A DNA stretch of 64,000 nucleotides, taken from the sequence record MZ475895.1, one strand, 5' to 3'. Numbering within the stretch: the first letter of the stretch is position 1; each line of letters opens with the position of its first letter. The position numbers and the translations under genes are program-made. The notes under the pieces were generated by a model that saw nothing but the letters and a program-made list of their open reading frames with translations, ran no database searches and was not told the origin of the DNA. Shown here piece after piece: positions 61,600 to 64,000 of this stretch.

Positions 61600-64000
61600 A
61601 TGTCCGAGAACAATCAAAGCGGAGCTACTCGCTTCGGCACAGAAGTGCAGGCCGGCATCGCAGAAGCGCAACGCCGTGCTAACTCTGCTGAGAGTGGCAA
61701 GCTGAACAAATGCACGATCATCGTGCTGACTTCGATTGACGCCAACCAGCGTTACTCTTATCTGTCCGCAGACGAACAACTGCGCGAAGAACTGGTGCGT
61801 GGTAAAGTAATCAATCGTCTGCCTGATCTGTTAGAGCGTGCTGGTGGTAATACCGCTGCTGACAATAACAGCGCGTTCCACATCCTGCATCCAAACAACG
61901 GTGTGCCTACCTCGATCGATGCTCGCATCAAAGTGGGCGAAGGCAATGCGGTCATTCTGTCATATACTGTAAACAAAGCAGTGACAGAGATGCACGGTAG
62001 CTTATCGCTTGCTCTGTTTGCATCTGGCGCCGAAGACTTAAATGATCTGGCCGCTGATTTCGGTATTCACGCAATTGCGATTGTTGAAGAATCGAAAGCC
62101 GCTGAGTTCATCAAAGGACTTGAAGCTCAGGTGGAAGCGTTGAATATTGTAAATCTCACTAGCATTGATGATTCTAACGATTCGTTAGACCTGCCAGTGA
62201 TTGACTTCGCTGCATTAGCGGGCAATCCTACAACAGTGCTTACGGGCGCTGTGCGTACCTTCATCATGCAATCAATCAGCGGCGAAGTCTTCGCTGCAAT
62301 CCCTAATAACGGAGAACTGAACGTGAAAAACGATAACGTGGCTCAGCCTGCTGACCTGGAAGAAGACTTCGACAACAATGATGAGATTGTTGATCAGAAC
62401 GGCGGCGAAGGCGAAGTTACTGGCGAAGAGCTGCTGGGCTACAAAGCAGAAAATCTTTCGCTTGACCAAATGCGTAGTGCGCTTGAAGCGATCAACTACG
62501 ACCTGTCTGAAATGACGGAAGAAGCAATCCGTGAAGCGTTCGAAACTGAACAGAACCTTTACCTGGGTGGCGGCGATGATGAATCTTCCGAAGAAGAGGA
62601 AGATGAAGACGCCACTGATGTTGACAGCGACGAAGAAGAAGAGGAAGAAGACGAGGAGTTCGATGCTCCTGCGTATCTGGCTCAAGCGCTCGCTGCTGAA
62701 AACTTTAGCCGTAGCGATCTGAAACTGCTGGTCAAGTCGCAAGACCTGAAAGTGATGAAGAACGACACTCCTGAAACTCTGGTGCAGAAGCTGCTGGACC
62801 TGGTGCAGGACGCATCGTCTGATGAAGTGTTCGAACTGATCACTGTGTTCGTTGAACTGCTGGACGAGCACGGCGTTGAGTGTGACGCGCTGCGTGCTAC
62901 CATCGCTGAGGATGAAAGCGATGAAGACGAAGAAGAGGACGGCGAAGACGAAGACGCCGATGAAGATGGCGACGACGAAGAAGAGGAAGATGAAGAGGAG
63001 TCTGATGAAGACGAATCTGAAACCGAATCTGACGACGAACCTGCAACGCTGTTTTCTGCCTCTGACGTTACTGATCCTCTCGACTACTTCCAGTTCGAAG
63101 GTGGTGACCTGACTCACGAACAACGCGCCGCTGCCGTACAGGCGATGGGTTCAAGCACTGTTGGTCTGAACATCGTTCAGGTCATGAAAGCGTTCAATCA
63201 AATCCGTTCACAGTCTAACGCGATTGACATTGCCGCTGATGAAGCCGACTCTGCGCTGTACGACATGCTGACTGCGCTGCCGTATGCAACGCTGCTGAGC
63301 TTCGCTCAAGAGATTGAGCTGGACGTTGACGGCGAAGAGTCTGCCGAAGATCTCGTCACTTTGCTGATGGACGAATCTACTGCCGACAGCGATACGCTGA
63401 AAGCGCTGGCGTATGTGTTTGAAACCTACGGCGGCCTGGGTGTTGAAGCAGATGATATCCTGCTGATGGACTGGCATGAAGCGCTGGCGCTGGTTATTCC
63501 TGTGTATGCATCGTCAGACGAAGTTGAGTCCGATGCAGAAGAAGACGAAGACGAAGACGTTATCGCTGATGAAGATTCGTCTAACGCTAACCTGAAGTTC
63601 CTGAAATCTGTTGACGTCAACAACCCTGTCGGCCCGATGCTCGAAGTTGATATGGACCGCACTCTGGTTATCAACTACACCTTCACTGACGGTAACACTT
63701 ACCGCGATGTGCAAGATGAGCTGGCTGATATCGGTGGCGTTAACTACCGCTTCCCGTTCAATCTGGGCAAAGCTGGTAAAGCAAACAAGAGCAGCGCGCC
63801 TGGTAGCCTGATTGCTCCTGCTGAACATCTGATCGCAATGTTAGACCGCGCTGGTACTACTCGCTTCTTAGCTGACCCGAACACCTTCGATGTTGGTGTG
63901 TGGGCAGAATCTCTGGAGCGTATGCTGAACGCAGAAATCGCTAACAATCTGTATGCTGGTCGCATTGAAGACGGCGCTGACCCGCAGCAAGCTGGCATCG
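61600..64000 (+). CDS. very large acidic multi-module protein (at least 800 aa, runs off window; missing from ORF track)
   Basis: GAGGAG RBS, ATG 61600, frame read manually with no stop to 63999; poly-D/E tracts alternate with HeH-like helical modules. Confidence 0.88.
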   Translation, partial: MSENNQSGATRFGTEVQAGIAEAQRRANSAESGKLNKCTIIVLTSIDANQRYSYLSADEQLREELVRGKVINRLPDLLERAGGNTAADNNSAFHILHPNNGVPTSIDARIKVGEGNAVILSYTVNKAVTEMHGSLSLALFASGAEDLNDLAADFGIHAIAIVEESKAAEFIKGLEAQVEALNIVNLTSIDDSNDSLDLPVIDFAALAGNPTTVLTGAVRTFIMQSISGEVFAAIPNNGELNVKNDNVAQPADLEEDFDNNDEIVDQNGGEGEVTGEELLGYKAENLSLDQMRSALEAINYDLSEMTEEAIREAFETEQNLYLGGGDDESSEEEEDEDATDVDSDEEEEEEDEEFDAPAYLAQALAAENFSRSDLKLLVKSQDLKVMKNDTPETLVQKLLDLVQDASSDEVFELITVFVELLDEHGVECDALRATIAEDESDEDEEEDGEDEDADEDGDDEEEEDEEESDEDESETESDDEPATLFSASDVTDPLDYFQFEGGDLTHEQRAAAVQAMGSSTVGLNIVQVMKAFNQIRSQSNAIDIAADEADSALYDMLTALPYATLLSFAQEIELDVDGEESAEDLVTLLMDESTADSDTLKALAYVFETYGGLGVEADDILLMDWHEALALVIPVYASSDEVESDAEEDEDEDVIADEDSSNANLKFLKSVDVNNPVGPMLEVDMDRTLVINYTFTDGNTYRDVQDELADIGGVNYRFPFNLGKAGKANKSSAPGSLIAPAEHLIAMLDRAGTTRFLADPNTFDVGVWAESLERMLNAEIANNLYAGRIEDGADPQQAGI

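Noticed and set aside
1-64000. tRNA/rRNA genes, alternative genetic code, integrase or transposase
   Set aside because: No cloverleaf or rRNA signatures in the few intergenic gaps examined; genes tile the sequence under the standard code with no read-through pattern; no recombinase motifs seen.

Overview
The window is a gene-dense segment (about 106 CDS, all but one on the + strand) of a large lytic dsDNA phage genome. It is most likely a jumbo myophage of plant-associated Enterobacterales (Erwinia/Pantoea/Dickeya type); this is inferred from an AmsF/WceF-like gene, a YbiI-like gene and the gene content, and no database search was run. Positions 1-17.1 kb are a replication/recombination/transcription core: RuvC-like nuclease, six-Ig-domain virion protein, lone inverted DnaG primase, Cas4-like nuclease, SWIM-finger protein, metallophosphoesterase, Acb1-like 2H phosphoesterase, sigma70-like factor, gp32-like SSB and an intein-containing RecA/UvsX. 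Positions 17-64 kb are mostly small accessory/early genes: AcrVA2/FinQ-like protein, AmsF/WceF-like beta-helix, DUF6939/NADAR-like protein, GNAT, KptA, YbiI/TraR, UvsE, dUTPase, SLT, HD hydrolase, and several proteins combining acidic tracts with HeH-like modules. The strongest signals not explained by the gene list are regulatory. (i) An 11-copy promoter class has a GG(A/T)CAAAAT box fixed 37-38 nt upstream of an extended -10, with no conserved -35. (ii) A CTGTAAA(T/C) motif sits 31-40 nt ahead of core genes, including the phage sigma gene. (iii) Two promoter-proximal hairpin-U-tract elements differ by a compensatory base change and define candidate small RNAs or attenuators. No tRNA, rRNA or CRISPR array was seen. 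Family assignments rest on motifs and remembered reference sequences and need HMM or structure confirmation.
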